Shown here in pieces: positions 50,961 to 60,866 of a DNA stretch of 64,000 nucleotides. Each line of letters starts with the position of its first letter. The stretch's first letter is position 1. The position numbers were made by a program, and so were the translations under genes. The notes under the pieces were generated by a model, which did no database searches, was not told the origin of the DNA, and worked only from the letters and a program-made list of their open reading frames with translations. The stretch comes from Dehalococcoidia bacterium. GTDB taxonomy: Bacteria > Chloroflexota > Dehalococcoidia > UBA2979. Where the stretch lies: the NCBI GenBank assembly GCA_964291495.2, contig OZ219871.1, positions 1,120,001-1,184,000 on the forward strand. The letters run 5' to 3'.

Positions 50961-51749
50961 GTGGGCGCCGTGATCGCGGTCGTGAACCAGAAGGGCGGCG
51001 TCGGCAAGACAACCACGGCGATCTCCCTCGGCGCGGCACTCGGCGATCGCGGACTGCGCGTCCTGCTCGTCGACGCCGACCCGCAGGCGAACGCGACCTC
51101 GGCGCTCGGGCAGCCGCGCAACGAGGACGGCGGCCTCTACGACGCGCTCGTCGGCGAGCGCCCGCTCGACGGCTCGCTCGTCGAGACCGGCGCGCGAGGG
51201 CTCTCGCTCGCCCCGGCCACGCTGGACCTCGCAGGCGCCGAGGTGGAGCTGGTGCCGGTCATGGCGCGAGAGTTCCGGATGCGGCGCGCGCTCGCGCCGC
51301 TGCGCGACGGCTTCGACCTGATCCTGATCGACTGTCCGCCCTCGCTGGGCCTGCTGACGGTCAACGCGCTGGCCGCGGCCGACTGGGCGCTCGCGCCGGT
51401 GCAGACGGAGTACCTGGCGCTCGAGGGGCTGCTGCACCTCTCGCAGACGATCAGCCTCGTGCAGCACAACCTCAACCCGGAGCTGCGCGTGCTCGGCATC
51501 GTGCTCACGATGTTCGACGGCCGCACCAACCTCGCCCGCCAGGTCGAGGAGGAGGTGCGAAAGCACTTCGACAGCACCTTCACGTCCGTGATCCCGCGCT
51601 CGGTGCGACTCTCCGAGGCGCCGAGCCACGGGCAGGCGATCGAGCAGTACGACCCCGCCTCGGCCGGCGCCGAGGCCTACCGGCGGCTCGCCGACGAGCT
51701 GATTGAGCGGCTTGCACTCCCCGGGACGGAGGTTTCCGGTGACGACTGA
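50961..51749 (+). CDS. parA: Chromosome partitioning ATPase ParA/Soj
   Basis: NQKGGVGKTTT, DADPQANAT, IDCPPSLG, IPRSVRLSEAPSHG. Confidence 0.97.
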   Translation: MGAVIAVVNQKGGVGKTTTAISLGAALGDRGLRVLLVDADPQANATSALGQPRNEDGGLYDALVGERPLDGSLVETGARGLSLAPATLDLAGAEVELVPVMAREFRMRRALAPLRDGFDLILIDCPPSLGLLTVNALAAADWALAPVQTEYLALEGLLHLSQTISLVQHNLNPELRVLGIVLTMFDGRTNLARQVEEEVRKHFDSTFTSVIPRSVRLSEAPSHGQAIEQYDPASAGAEAYRRLADELIERLALPGTEVSGDD

Positions 51750-52650
51750 TCGAGGACCGGCAAGGGGCCTCGGACGCGGCCTCGGGGCACTCATCCCCGG
51801 CGGAGACGCGCCCGGCGACCTCGCCGGGCGGCCCGTGACCGAGATCGCCATCGCGGAGATCGAGGCGAATCCGCACCAGCCGCGGCTGATGATGGACGAC
51901 GAGGCGCTCGACGAGCTGACGCAGTCGGTGCGCGAGCACGGCGTGATCCAGCCGCTGATCGTGACGGAGCTGCCTCGGGCCGAGCCCGGCGGTCCCCGCT
52001 ACCGGCTGATCGCCGGCGAGCGACGGCTGCGCGCGGCCGCCGCGGCCGGCCTCGAGCGCGTGCCGGTCACGCTGCGCGAGACGACCGACCGCGACCAGCT
52101 GGAGCTGGCGCTGATCGAGAACGTCCAGCGCGAGGACCTGAGCCCGATCGAGGAGGCGCGCGCCTACCGCCGCCTGATCGACGAGTTCGGGCTGACGCAG
52201 CAGCAGACCGCGGACCGCGTCGGCTGCTCGCGGGCGAAGGTGGCGAACCGGCTGCGGCTGTTGGAGCTGCCCCCGGAGGCGATCGAGGCGCTGCAGGCCG
52301 CCCGGATCAGCGAGGGCCACGCGCGCGCACTGCTGGGCGCGCCTTCCATCGAGGCGCGCCTCGCGATCCTCGCGCGCATCGAGCGCGAGGGCCTGAGCGT
52401 GCGCCAGACGGAACGCCTCGCCCGCCGCGCACAGGCGACGGGGACCGCGCTCCCCACCGCGAGCGGCGCGGTGCGCGACCCGCAGATCGAGTCGCTCGAG
52501 GACGCGCTGCGCATGCAGCTCGGCACGAAGGTGGGGCTGCGGCGCGGACGCGGCGGACGCGGCACGCTCACGATCCACTTCCACAGCGACGAGGAGTTGG
52601 ACGGAGTGCTCGAGCGGCTGCTGCCCGAGTGGCTCGCCGAGCAGGCGTGA
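51739..52650 (+). CDS. parB: Chromosome partitioning protein ParB/Spo0J
   Basis: RGLGRGLGALI, NPHQPR, LIAGERRLRA, ENVQREDLSPIEEA, ISEGHARALL. Confidence 0.97.
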   Translation: MTTDRGPARGLGRGLGALIPGGDAPGDLAGRPVTEIAIAEIEANPHQPRLMMDDEALDELTQSVREHGVIQPLIVTELPRAEPGGPRYRLIAGERRLRAAAAAGLERVPVTLRETTDRDQLELALIENVQREDLSPIEEARAYRRLIDEFGLTQQQTADRVGCSRAKVANRLRLLELPPEAIEALQAARISEGHARALLGAPSIEARLAILARIEREGLSVRQTERLARRAQATGTALPTASGAVRDPQIESLEDALRMQLGTKVGLRRGRGGRGTLTIHFHSDEELDGVLERLLPEWLAEQA

Positions 52651-52749
52651 CCCCACCGGCCTACGCCTCGCGCCGATCGGCGGCTATCCTCTCCGCTGTT
52701 CGGGCCCTGAGGCCGTAGCGTTCCGCACGGACTGAACGAGGTCGGGTCG

Positions 52750-55185
52750 ATGGCGCACGCGCTCGATGGCATCCGCATCGTCGAGGTCGGCGAGGGCAAG
52801 CAGCTCGCCTACTGCGGCAAGCTGCTGCGCGACCTCGGCGCCGAGGTGATCAAGGTCGAGCCGCCCGGCGGCGACCAGCTGCGCCTGCACGGCCCCTTCC
52901 CCAACGACGAGCCGGGCCCCGAGCAGAGCGGCCTCTTCATCTACTTCAACGGCGGCAAGCAGGGCGCGCGGCTGGACCTCGGACGCTCCGAGGACCGCGC
53001 GGCGCTGGGCCGCCTGATCGACGGCGCGGACGTGCTGCTGCTGGGCATGCGCCCTTCGCAGGCGCGGGCGGCGGGCCTCGATCCCGACGCGTTGCTGGCG
53101 AAGCGGCCGGGCCTCGTCGTCGCGACGGCGACGATCTACGGCTTCACGGGGCCCTACGCCGAGTGGCTCGGCTACCCGATCCACGCCTACGCCGGCTCCA
53201 GCGTCGCCCACCGCGTCGGCGACCCGGAGCGCGAGCCGCTCAACGCCCCGCTCGACGGCGCCGACATCCATCACGGCGCGGTGCAGCTCGCGGGCGCGAT
53301 CCTGACCGCGCTGCTGCACAAGGCGAAGACCGGCGAGGGACAGCTCGTCGACGTCGGCAGCCTCGAGGCCTCGAACCTCGCGATCTGGGGTCACGGCATC
53401 GCGCAGATCGTGTACCTCGGCTACCTCACGCCGGAGCGCAACGGCTTCCAGATCAGCGGCGGCGTCTGGGGGGCGTGGCCGACGAAGGACGGGCACTTCG
53501 CGATCATGACGCAGGTGCCGCGGCACTGGCAGGACTTCATGATCGGCCTCGGCGACCCCGAGTGGGCGCACCATCCGATCTTCTGGAAGCTCGGCCACGC
53601 CGGCATCCGGCGCGACATCACGCCCGAGCAGGGCGAGGAGATCCAGCAACTCCTGCGCGGCCCCTTCTCCGAGCTGCTCAAGCAGTGGACCAACGCCGAG
53701 CTCTGGGAGTTGTGCCGCCGCGAGCGCATCGCCTGCCAGCCCGTGCTCACCATCCCCGAGGTCTGCGAGGCCGACCACCCGAACGAGCGCGACTGGCTGA
53801 CCGAGGCGCCGGGGCCGCACCCGCCGTTGCGCGTGCCCGGCCGCCCCTACCACCTCTCGAAGACGCCGTGGCGGGAGCCGGGCCCGCCGCCCCGCCTCGA
53901 CGAGCCCTCGGTAAGCGCGTGGCAGGGCGAGCACCAGCCCCCATCCCCGCTGCGCACGCGAGCGGACGCGCTGATCGAGCCACGCAACGCGGGCCAGCCG
54001 CTCGCGGGCCTGCGCATCCTCGACCTCGGCATCGTCTGGGCCGGGCCGCAGACGATTCGCTTCCTCGCCGACTTCGGCGCGGACGTGATCAAGCTCACCA
54101 CCAACACGCGGCCCTGGATGTCGGGTGTGCGCGGCGGCTCCGACCCCGCCGATCCGATGTCGTGGGAGTGGATCCTGCGCAACCGCCGCTCGGTGAACAT
54201 CGACCTGCGCCACCCGGAGGGGCCGGACCTGGTGCGCCGCCTCGCCACCGTCTCCGACGTGGTGCTCGAGAACTTCGGCTCCGGCACCGCCGAGCGGATC
54301 GGCATCGGCTACGAGGCGCTTTCGAGGGACAATCCCGGCCTCGTCATGATCTCGATGCCGCCTGCGGGCACGACCGGCCCATGGTCGGACCTCGTCTCCT
54401 ACGGCCCGACGCTGACCGGGCTCAACGGCATGAAGGCGATCAGCGGCTACCCCGAGGACGGCTCGATCTCCGAGGAGGCGGCCGAGCTGGACCCGATCGC
54501 CGCCGCCTACGGCGCGCTCGCGATCCTCGCGGCGGTGATGCACCACTGCCGCACGGGCGAGGGCCAGCACATCGAGCTGGGGCAGGCGCAGGCCGGGTTC
54601 ACCGGCCTCGCCGAGGGTGTGATCGATTACACGTGGAACGGTCGCGACGTCGGCCCCGTCGGCAACACGCACCGCTTCCTCGCGCCGCACGGCATCTACC
54701 GCACGGTCGGCGAGGACGACTGGATCGCGATCGCCTGCGACGGCGACGAGCAGTGGCGCACCCTCGCGGGCGTCGCCGGGCGGCCCGACTGGCTCGAGCG
54801 TGAGGACTTCGCCTCGCCCGCGGCGCGGCGCGCGGCGCGACACGCGATCGACGCAGAGCTCGACGCCTGGACGCGCGACAAGGAGAAGCGCGAGCTGGCG
54901 GAACGCCTGCAGGCGGCGGGCGTGCCCGCCTTCCCCGTCCTCGAGGGCATGGAGGTGATCGCCGACCCGATGCTGCGCGAGCGGCGGGCGGAGTTCGAGC
55001 TGCACCCCGACTTCACGGTGGACGAGCTGCTCAACGGCATCGCCTGGCACCTCTCGAAGACCCCGCCGCGGTTGCGCCGGCCCGCGCCCGCCTTCGGCGG
55101 ACACAACGTCGAGGTGCTCGGCGAGTACCTCGGCCTGACGGAGGCCGAGGTGCGGGCGATGGAGGAGTCGGGCCTGCTCGCGTAG
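52750..55185 (+). CDS. Family III (CaiB/BaiF) CoA-transferase, two fused domains
   Basis: Two repeats: LDGIRIVE...LGAEVIKVEPP and LAGLRILD...FGADVIKL. Confidence 0.92.
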   Translation: MAHALDGIRIVEVGEGKQLAYCGKLLRDLGAEVIKVEPPGGDQLRLHGPFPNDEPGPEQSGLFIYFNGGKQGARLDLGRSEDRAALGRLIDGADVLLLGMRPSQARAAGLDPDALLAKRPGLVVATATIYGFTGPYAEWLGYPIHAYAGSSVAHRVGDPEREPLNAPLDGADIHHGAVQLAGAILTALLHKAKTGEGQLVDVGSLEASNLAIWGHGIAQIVYLGYLTPERNGFQISGGVWGAWPTKDGHFAIMTQVPRHWQDFMIGLGDPEWAHHPIFWKLGHAGIRRDITPEQGEEIQQLLRGPFSELLKQWTNAELWELCRRERIACQPVLTIPEVCEADHPNERDWLTEAPGPHPPLRVPGRPYHLSKTPWREPGPPPRLDEPSVSAWQGEHQPPSPLRTRADALIEPRNAGQPLAGLRILDLGIVWAGPQTIRFLADFGADVIKLTTNTRPWMSGVRGGSDPADPMSWEWILRNRRSVNIDLRHPEGPDLVRRLATVSDVVLENFGSGTAERIGIGYEALSRDNPGLVMISMPPAGTTGPWSDLVSYGPTLTGLNGMKAISGYPEDGSISEEAAELDPIAAAYGALAILAAVMHHCRTGEGQHIELGQAQAGFTGLAEGVIDYTWNGRDVGPVGNTHRFLAPHGIYRTVGEDDWIAIACDGDEQWRTLAGVAGRPDWLEREDFASPAARRAARHAIDAELDAWTRDKEKRELAERLQAAGVPAFPVLEGMEVIADPMLRERRAEFELHPDFTVDELLNGIAWHLSKTPPRLRRPAPAFGGHNVEVLGEYLGLTEAEVRAMEESGLLA

Positions 55186-55210
55186 GCGCGCGGCGACAAA
55201 GGAGGACGAG

Positions 55211-56002
55211 ATGAGCGACGACGGACAACTGATCATCGAGGAGCGCGACCGCATCGCGTTCGTGACCTTCAACCGGCCCGAGAAACTCAACGCCTGGACG
55301 TTCGAGATGAGCAACGAGCTTCGCGAGTACCTCTGGGGGCTCAACGAGGGCGAGTACCGCATCCGCTGCGTCGTGATGACCGGCTCCGGGCGCGCCTTCT
55401 GCTCGGGTGCGGACGTCGGCAACCTCGCAGCGCGCCAGGGCGGCGAGCGGCCGCCCTGGCGGCCGCCGCACCCGGAGGCGCACATCACCGAGGCGCTGCG
55501 CCGCTGCAACGCGCCGGTGATCGCCGCGATCAACGGCTACGCGCTGGGCATGGGCCTCGGCATCGCGATGTCCTGCGACATCCGCATCGCCGCGGACGAC
55601 GCGCGCTTCCAGGTGGCGCAGATGAAGCGCGGCCTCACCGCCGACACCGCCCTCGCCCACTCGCTCCCCGCCGCGATCGGCGCCGAGCGCGCGATGGAGC
55701 TGATGTTCACCGCCCGCATGATCGAGGCGGACGAGGCGGAGCGGATCGGCCTCGTGCTGAAGGTCGTGCCCGCCGACGACCTGCTGGACGAGGCCGAGGC
55801 GCTGGCGCGCGAGATCGCAAAGAACGGCCCGCTCGGCGTCGCCGCCGCGAAGCGCACGGTCTACCTCCGTGACGACGACGCCTTCCAGCGCGCGCACGAC
55901 TTCCTCGGCCTGACGATGGACCGCCTGTTCATGACCGAGGACGCCCGCGAGGGCATCAGCTCCTTCGCCGAGCGCCGCGAGCCGGAGTTCCCCGGCCGCT
56001 AG
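55211..56002 (+). CDS. Enoyl-CoA hydratase/isomerase family protein
   Basis: NRPEKLNA, AFCSGAD, PVIAAINGYALG, EDAREG. Confidence 0.92.
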   Translation: MSDDGQLIIEERDRIAFVTFNRPEKLNAWTFEMSNELREYLWGLNEGEYRIRCVVMTGSGRAFCSGADVGNLAARQGGERPPWRPPHPEAHITEALRRCNAPVIAAINGYALGMGLGIAMSCDIRIAADDARFQVAQMKRGLTADTALAHSLPAAIGAERAMELMFTARMIEADEAERIGLVLKVVPADDLLDEAEALAREIAKNGPLGVAAAKRTVYLRDDDAFQRAHDFLGLTMDRLFMTEDAREGISSFAERREPEFPGR

Positions 56003-56017
56003 GCGGTGTCCGCCTCC

Positions 56018-56402
56018 GGCCCCTCTCCGGCCCCTCTCGCGGGGAGAGGGCGGGGGTGAGGGGGCTCGCCCGTCGCCCGCTTGCCGGCTCGATCGGTGGT
56101 TGCGCCCCCGAGGGCTCATGCCCGTCGGGCGTCGGACGAGCACGCGCTACGCGCGGCTCGGCCCACCCACCCGCCCCGGATCTTCTTTCCTGTGGGGGCT
56201 TCGCCCCCACGCCCCCGCTGCTGCTCGCCTCGGAGGGCCCGTACGCTCTCCAGGGCCCTTTCCCGGCGGGCGTCGGAGCGAGCACGCTGCTCGGCTCGGC
56301 TGGATTCCGGCCTTCGCCGGAATGACGAAGAGGGGGAAGCCTCACCCGTGCGGGCCCCGATCCGGCCCCCTCTCCTGGGGGAGAGGGCGGGGGTGAGGGG
56401 GC
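56018..56402. repeat. Composite REP-like cluster
   Basis: Two CCCTCTC...GAGAGGGCGGGGGTGAGGGG copies, GTGGGGGCTTCGCCCCCAC hairpin, CTGGATTCCGGCCTTCGCCGGAATGAC (56300-56326), direct repeat GGGCGTCGGA(G)CGAGCACGC x2. Confidence 0.85.
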
Positions 56403-56481
56403 ACGCCGGACTCGCGAGGACGCACACACGCCCATTGGCCGCCCGGCCCCTCGCTCCAGGGCTCGTGCCGGGCCGCTCTCT

Positions 56482-57279
56482 CTAGTAGTGGATCGCGGCG
56501 CCCGACCCGCCGCCTGTGGCGATCGCGTCGCCGTTGATCGAGATCGACTTCGGGGAGGCGAGGAAGGCGACGACGTAGGCGACCTCGCGCGCGTCGACGA
56601 GGTGGCGGATCGAGTTGCCCTCGGCGAGACGGCGCTCGACCTCCTCCTCCGGTTCGCCCGCCGCGACCCGCGCGGCGATCATCTCCGTCGTGCGCTCGGT
56701 GCGCGTGCCGCCGGGGTGGACGACGGTGACGTTGATGCCGTGCGGGCCGAGCTCGTCCGCCAGGTTCTTCGTCAGCGCGGCCACGCCGACGTTGCGGATG
56801 CTGCCGGAGGTGTTGCCGGCGCGGCGCGCGCCGAGGCCGGAGATGTTGACGATCCGCCCCCAGCCCTGCTCGCGCATGATCGGCGCCACCGCCCGCGCGG
56901 TGCGCAGGTAGCCCAGCACCTTCACCTCGATGTCCGCGCGCACGTGATCGTCGGTCAACTCGTCCAGCGGGACCGGCGGCAGCGCGCTGCCCGGCGAGGC
57001 GGCGTTGTTGACGAGGATGTCGATCCGCCCGAACGCCTCGTGCGCGGCCTGCACCATCGCCTGCACCGAGGAGTCGTCGGATGTGTCGGCGGTCAGCGGA
57101 AGCACGCGGCGGCCGCTCTCCCCGGCGATCTCGGCGGCGGTCGCCTCCAGCGCCTCGCGCCCACGCGCGACGGCTGCGACGTCGGCGCCCTCGAGGGCCA
57201 GTTCACGCGCCACCGCCTTGCCGATGCCGCGGCTCGCGCCGGTGACGATCGCCACCTTCCCCGTCAGCTCCAGGTCCAT
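56482..57279 (-). CDS. SDR family oxidoreductase
   Basis: TGASRGIG, DILVNNA, GRIVNISG, LADELGPHGINV. Confidence 0.92.
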   Translation of the reverse strand: MDLELTGKVAIVTGASRGIGKAVARELALEGADVAAVARGREALEATAAEIAGESGRRVLPLTADTSDDSSVQAMVQAAHEAFGRIDILVNNAASPGSALPPVPLDELTDDHVRADIEVKVLGYLRTARAVAPIMREQGWGRIVNISGLGARRAGNTSGSIRNVGVAALTKNLADELGPHGINVTVVHPGGTRTERTTEMIAARVAAGEPEEEVERRLAEGNSIRHLVDAREVAYVVAFLASPKSISINGDAIATGGGSGAAIHY

Positions 57280-57401
57280 GCCGTGCCTCCCGCCTCGCAT
57301 CGCGCTCGCGCCGCCGCGCATCGTACGCCCCGCGGCGAGGGCCGGTGTATCCTCGCCGCGCGGTGGGCGGCGCGCCAGCGCGGCCGGGGAGGGCGAGGCG
57401 C

Positions 57402-58604
57402 ATGACGACGCAGACACGCGGGCGGGACGCCGTCTTCCTCTCGGGCGTGCGCAGCGGCTTCGGCAGCTTCGGCGGCTCGCTGAAGGACCTCAGCGCCACG
57501 CAGCTCGGCGCGACCATCGCGCGAGACGCGATCGCCGCCTCCGGCGCGTCCGCCGAGGAGTTCGACCACGTCGTCTTCGGCAACGTCCAGCAGACCTCCT
57601 CGGACGCGATCTACCTCGCGCGCCACATCGGCCTCGAGGCGGGGCTGCCAATCGAGACGCCCGCGCTGACCGTGAACCGCCTCTGCGGCTCCGGCTTCGA
57701 GGCGGTCACGCAGGGCGCGCAGCAGATCATGCTCGGCCGCTCGGAGCTGGTGCTCGCCGGCGGCACAGAGTCGATGAGCCAGGCGCCGCACGTCGTGCGG
57801 GGCGCGCGCTGGGGTCTGCGCCTCGCCGCGCAGGCGGAGTTGGAGGACTCGCTCTGGGAGTGCCTCAGCGATCGCTACTGCGGCCTCTCGATGGGGGAGA
57901 CCGCGGACAACCTCGCGCAGCGCTACGAGCTGGATCGCGACGAGGTCGACGAGTACGCGCTCGGCTCGCAGCAGCGCGCACGGCAGGCCTGGGAGGACGG
58001 CGTCTTCGAGAACGAGGTGACCCCGATCATGGTCGGACGGCGCGGCCGCGAGACGGAGTTCCGCGCCGACGAGCACATCCGCGCCGACACCACCCTCGAG
58101 GGTCTCGGGGAGCTGCCGACGGTCTTCCGCCAGGGTGGCGTCACCACCGCCGGCAACGCCTCCGGCATCTGCGACGGCGCGGCGGCGCTCGTCGTGGCCA
58201 GCGAGGACTACGCCGCGGCGAACGACCTCGAGCCGATCGGCCGGCTGATCGGCTGGGCGGTCGCGGGGGTGGACCCGGCGCACATGGGCATCGGACCCGC
58301 GCCCGCGATCCGCGACGTGCTGGAGCAGACCGGCCTGAGCCTCGACGAGCTGGACCTGATCGAGGTCAACGAGGCGTTCTCCGCGCAATACCTCGCGGTC
58401 GAGCGCGAGCTGGGCCTGGATCGCGAGCGGACGAACGTGCACGGCGGCGCGATCGCGATCGGGCACCCGGTCGGCGCGAGCGGCGCGCGCATCACGGCGC
58501 ACCTGCTGCACGCGCTGCGCCGTGAGGGCAAGCGCTACGGCCTCGGCTCCGCCTGCATCGGCGGGGGCCAGGGCGCGGCGCTGATCGTCGAGGCGTTCAA
58601 CTAG
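57402..58604 (+). CDS. Acetyl-CoA C-acyltransferase (thiolase)
   Basis: [40 protein letters not shown]. Confidence 0.95.
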   Translation: MTTQTRGRDAVFLSGVRSGFGSFGGSLKDLSATQLGATIARDAIAASGASAEEFDHVVFGNVQQTSSDAIYLARHIGLEAGLPIETPALTVNRLCGSGFEAVTQGAQQIMLGRSELVLAGGTESMSQAPHVVRGARWGLRLAAQAELEDSLWECLSDRYCGLSMGETADNLAQRYELDRDEVDEYALGSQQRARQAWEDGVFENEVTPIMVGRRGRETEFRADEHIRADTTLEGLGELPTVFRQGGVTTAGNASGICDGAAALVVASEDYAAANDLEPIGRLIGWAVAGVDPAHMGIGPAPAIRDVLEQTGLSLDELDLIEVNEAFSAQYLAVERELGLDRERTNVHGGAIAIGHPVGASGARITAHLLHALRREGKRYGLGSACIGGGQGAALIVEAFN

Positions 58605-58637
58605 CCGCGCATCCGGCGCGGGTTACGTAGCAGGAGG

Positions 58638-59537
58638 ATGAAGATGGCTGAGAGCGGCGTTCGCAGCGTCGGAGTGCTCGGCTGCGGACAGATGGGCGGC
58701 GGCATCGCCCAGGTCTGCGCCACGGCCGGCTTCGAGACCCACGTACGCGAGGCAGGCGAGGAGCCGCTGGAGCGAGGCATGGCCTCGATCCTCCGCGCGC
58801 TCGACTCGGCCGCCGCGCGCGGCCGGCTGTCCGCCGAGGACCGCGCCGCGATCGAGGGGCGGCTCCACCCGACGACCGACCTCGCCGACCTCGCCGCCTG
58901 CGACATCGTGGTCGAGGCGGTGACCGAGGATATCGACCTCAAGTGCGCGGTCTGGCGCGAGGCGGACGCGGCAGTTCAGCCGGACGCCGTCTTCGCCTCG
59001 AACACCTCGAGCCTGACGATCGCGGCGATGGCCGGGTCGACCGGCCGGGCGGACCGCTTCGTGGGGATGCATTTCTTCTTCCCCGTGCCGGCGATGCGGC
59101 TGGTCGAGGTGGTACGGACAGTGACCACCTCGGACGAGACGTTCGAGCGCGCGACGGCGTTCGCGAGCGAGATCGGCAAGGAGCCGATCGCGGCGAAGGA
59201 CCAGTCCGGCTTCACCGTGAACCTGCTGCTGGTGCCCTACCTGCTGGACGCGATCCGTGCGCTCGAGCGTGGCGTCGCCAGCACCGAGGACATCGACCGC
59301 GGGATGCAGCTCGGCTGCGGCCACCCGATGGGGCCGCTCACGCTCTGCGACCTCGTGGGGCTCGACGTACTGCACCAGGTGGCGGAGTACATGTACGCGG
59401 AGCACCGCGAGACGCGCTACGCGCCGCCGCCGCTGCTGACGCGGATGACGCTGGTGGGGCTGCACGGCCGCAAGACCGGCCGCGGCTTCTACGACTACTC
59501 GGCGGACCCGCCGACGCCGCTCGGGCTCGGGGTGTAG
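58638..59537 (+). CDS. 3-hydroxybutyryl/3-hydroxyacyl-CoA dehydrogenase
   Basis: GCGQMGGGIA, VEAVTE, ASNTSSL, GMHFF.P, HPMGPL, GRKTGRGFYDY. Confidence 0.95.
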   Translation: MKMAESGVRSVGVLGCGQMGGGIAQVCATAGFETHVREAGEEPLERGMASILRALDSAAARGRLSAEDRAAIEGRLHPTTDLADLAACDIVVEAVTEDIDLKCAVWREADAAVQPDAVFASNTSSLTIAAMAGSTGRADRFVGMHFFFPVPAMRLVEVVRTVTTSDETFERATAFASEIGKEPIAAKDQSGFTVNLLLVPYLLDAIRALERGVASTEDIDRGMQLGCGHPMGPLTLCDLVGLDVLHQVAEYMYAEHRETRYAPPPLLTRMTLVGLHGRKTGRGFYDYSADPPTPLGLGV

Positions 59538-59549
59538 CACCTCGCACCT

Positions 59550-60836
59550 TCAGCGGGCCCCGGTGGGCTCGAACTGCAGCTGCGGGAGCCGCGAGACGAT
59601 GGCGAAGAGCAGCGCCGCCAGACCGAACGAGCCGACGAACATCACCAGCGCGAGGTCGTAGCTGCCCGTCACGTCGAAGATCCAGCCGGCGACCACCGGG
59701 CTGACGACCAGCCCCGCCTCCTCGATCACGAACATCGCGCCGAGCAGCGTGGCGAAGTGGGCGAGGCCGAACATCCTCGTCAGCAGCATCGCCTCGATGA
59801 TCGGGCCGCCGCCCGTGCCGCAGACCCAGAGCAGCACGAACAGCGTGATGCCGACCGCGCCCGAGTCAAGCAGGAGCGCCACCAGCCCGCTTACGAGGCA
59901 GGCGCACATCGCCATCACCAGGTACTCGAAACGGCTCAAGCGGTCCGCGATGAGCCCGAAGGCCAGCCGCGAGCCGATCCCCAGCGTCGCCATCGCCGAG
60001 ACGATCAACGCCGCATCCGCGCGCGACACCCCGAGCGAGACGTAGAGCGGGATCTGGTGCACCAGCATCCCGAACATGCCGAAGAACAGGAACGTGAACC
60101 CGAACGCGACCAGCCAGAAGTGCGGGGTCGCCAGCGCGGCCCGCAGCGTGAGACCGCTCAGCCGTGATGCGGCCTCACTCGGCTCGACGGGCGCGTCCGC
60201 GGGCGCCCGAGCACCGTCCGGTTGCGCCCCGACGTCCGAGGGGTGGTTGCGCACCAGCAACGTGCCGAGCGGCAGGTAGAGCAGCGAGATCACGACGCCG
60301 GAGAAGATGAACGACGGCCCCCAGCCCAGCGTGTCGATCACCAACCGCATCGAGGGCACGACCACGACGCCACCGAGCGCAAACCCCGTCCCGAGGATGC
60401 TGAGCGCGATCCCGCGCCGGCGATCGAACCACCTCGAGATCAGCGCCTGGAAGGGGATGAAGAACATCATCTGGCGGAAGACGCCGTTGATCGCCGAGTA
60501 GACGTACCACTGCCACAGCTCGCTCGTCGTCGCGAGCAGGCCGTAACTCAGCGCCGTCGTGACCGCGCCGAAGAGAATCACCTCGCGCGGACCGCGCGCG
60601 TCGATCCAGCGCCCGGTCAGCAGGCCCGAGAAGCCGCTGCAGAGCAGCCCCAGCGAGAGCGCGCCGGAGACCTCGCCGCGGGACCAGCCGAACTCATCCT
60701 CGAGCGGCGAGATGTAGAGGCCGAAGGCCCAGAAGGAGACGCCGCTGCCGAGCGCCATCGCGGCGATCGAACCGGCCAGCAACCACCAGCCGTAGTAGAC
60801 CTGCCGCGGCCGGCGCAGCCACAACGGGAGACTCAT
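59550..60836 (-). CDS. MFS transporter (OFA/MCT-like)
   Basis: YYGWW, EFGWSR, WFDRRRGIA, GWIFDVTGSY. Confidence 0.92.
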   Translation of the reverse strand: MSLPLWLRRPRQVYYGWWLLAGSIAAMALGSGVSFWAFGLYISPLEDEFGWSRGEVSGALSLGLLCSGFSGLLTGRWIDARGPREVILFGAVTTALSYGLLATTSELWQWYVYSAINGVFRQMMFFIPFQALISRWFDRRRGIALSILGTGFALGGVVVVPSMRLVIDTLGWGPSFIFSGVVISLLYLPLGTLLVRNHPSDVGAQPDGARAPADAPVEPSEAASRLSGLTLRAALATPHFWLVAFGFTFLFFGMFGMLVHQIPLYVSLGVSRADAALIVSAMATLGIGSRLAFGLIADRLSRFEYLVMAMCACLVSGLVALLLDSGAVGITLFVLLWVCGTGGGPIIEAMLLTRMFGLAHFATLLGAMFVIEEAGLVVSPVVAGWIFDVTGSYDLALVMFVGSFGLAALLFAIVSRLPQLQFEPTGAR

Positions 60837-60866
60837 CGCGGTGTCGCGGCGCGCCGCGCTCGCCCG

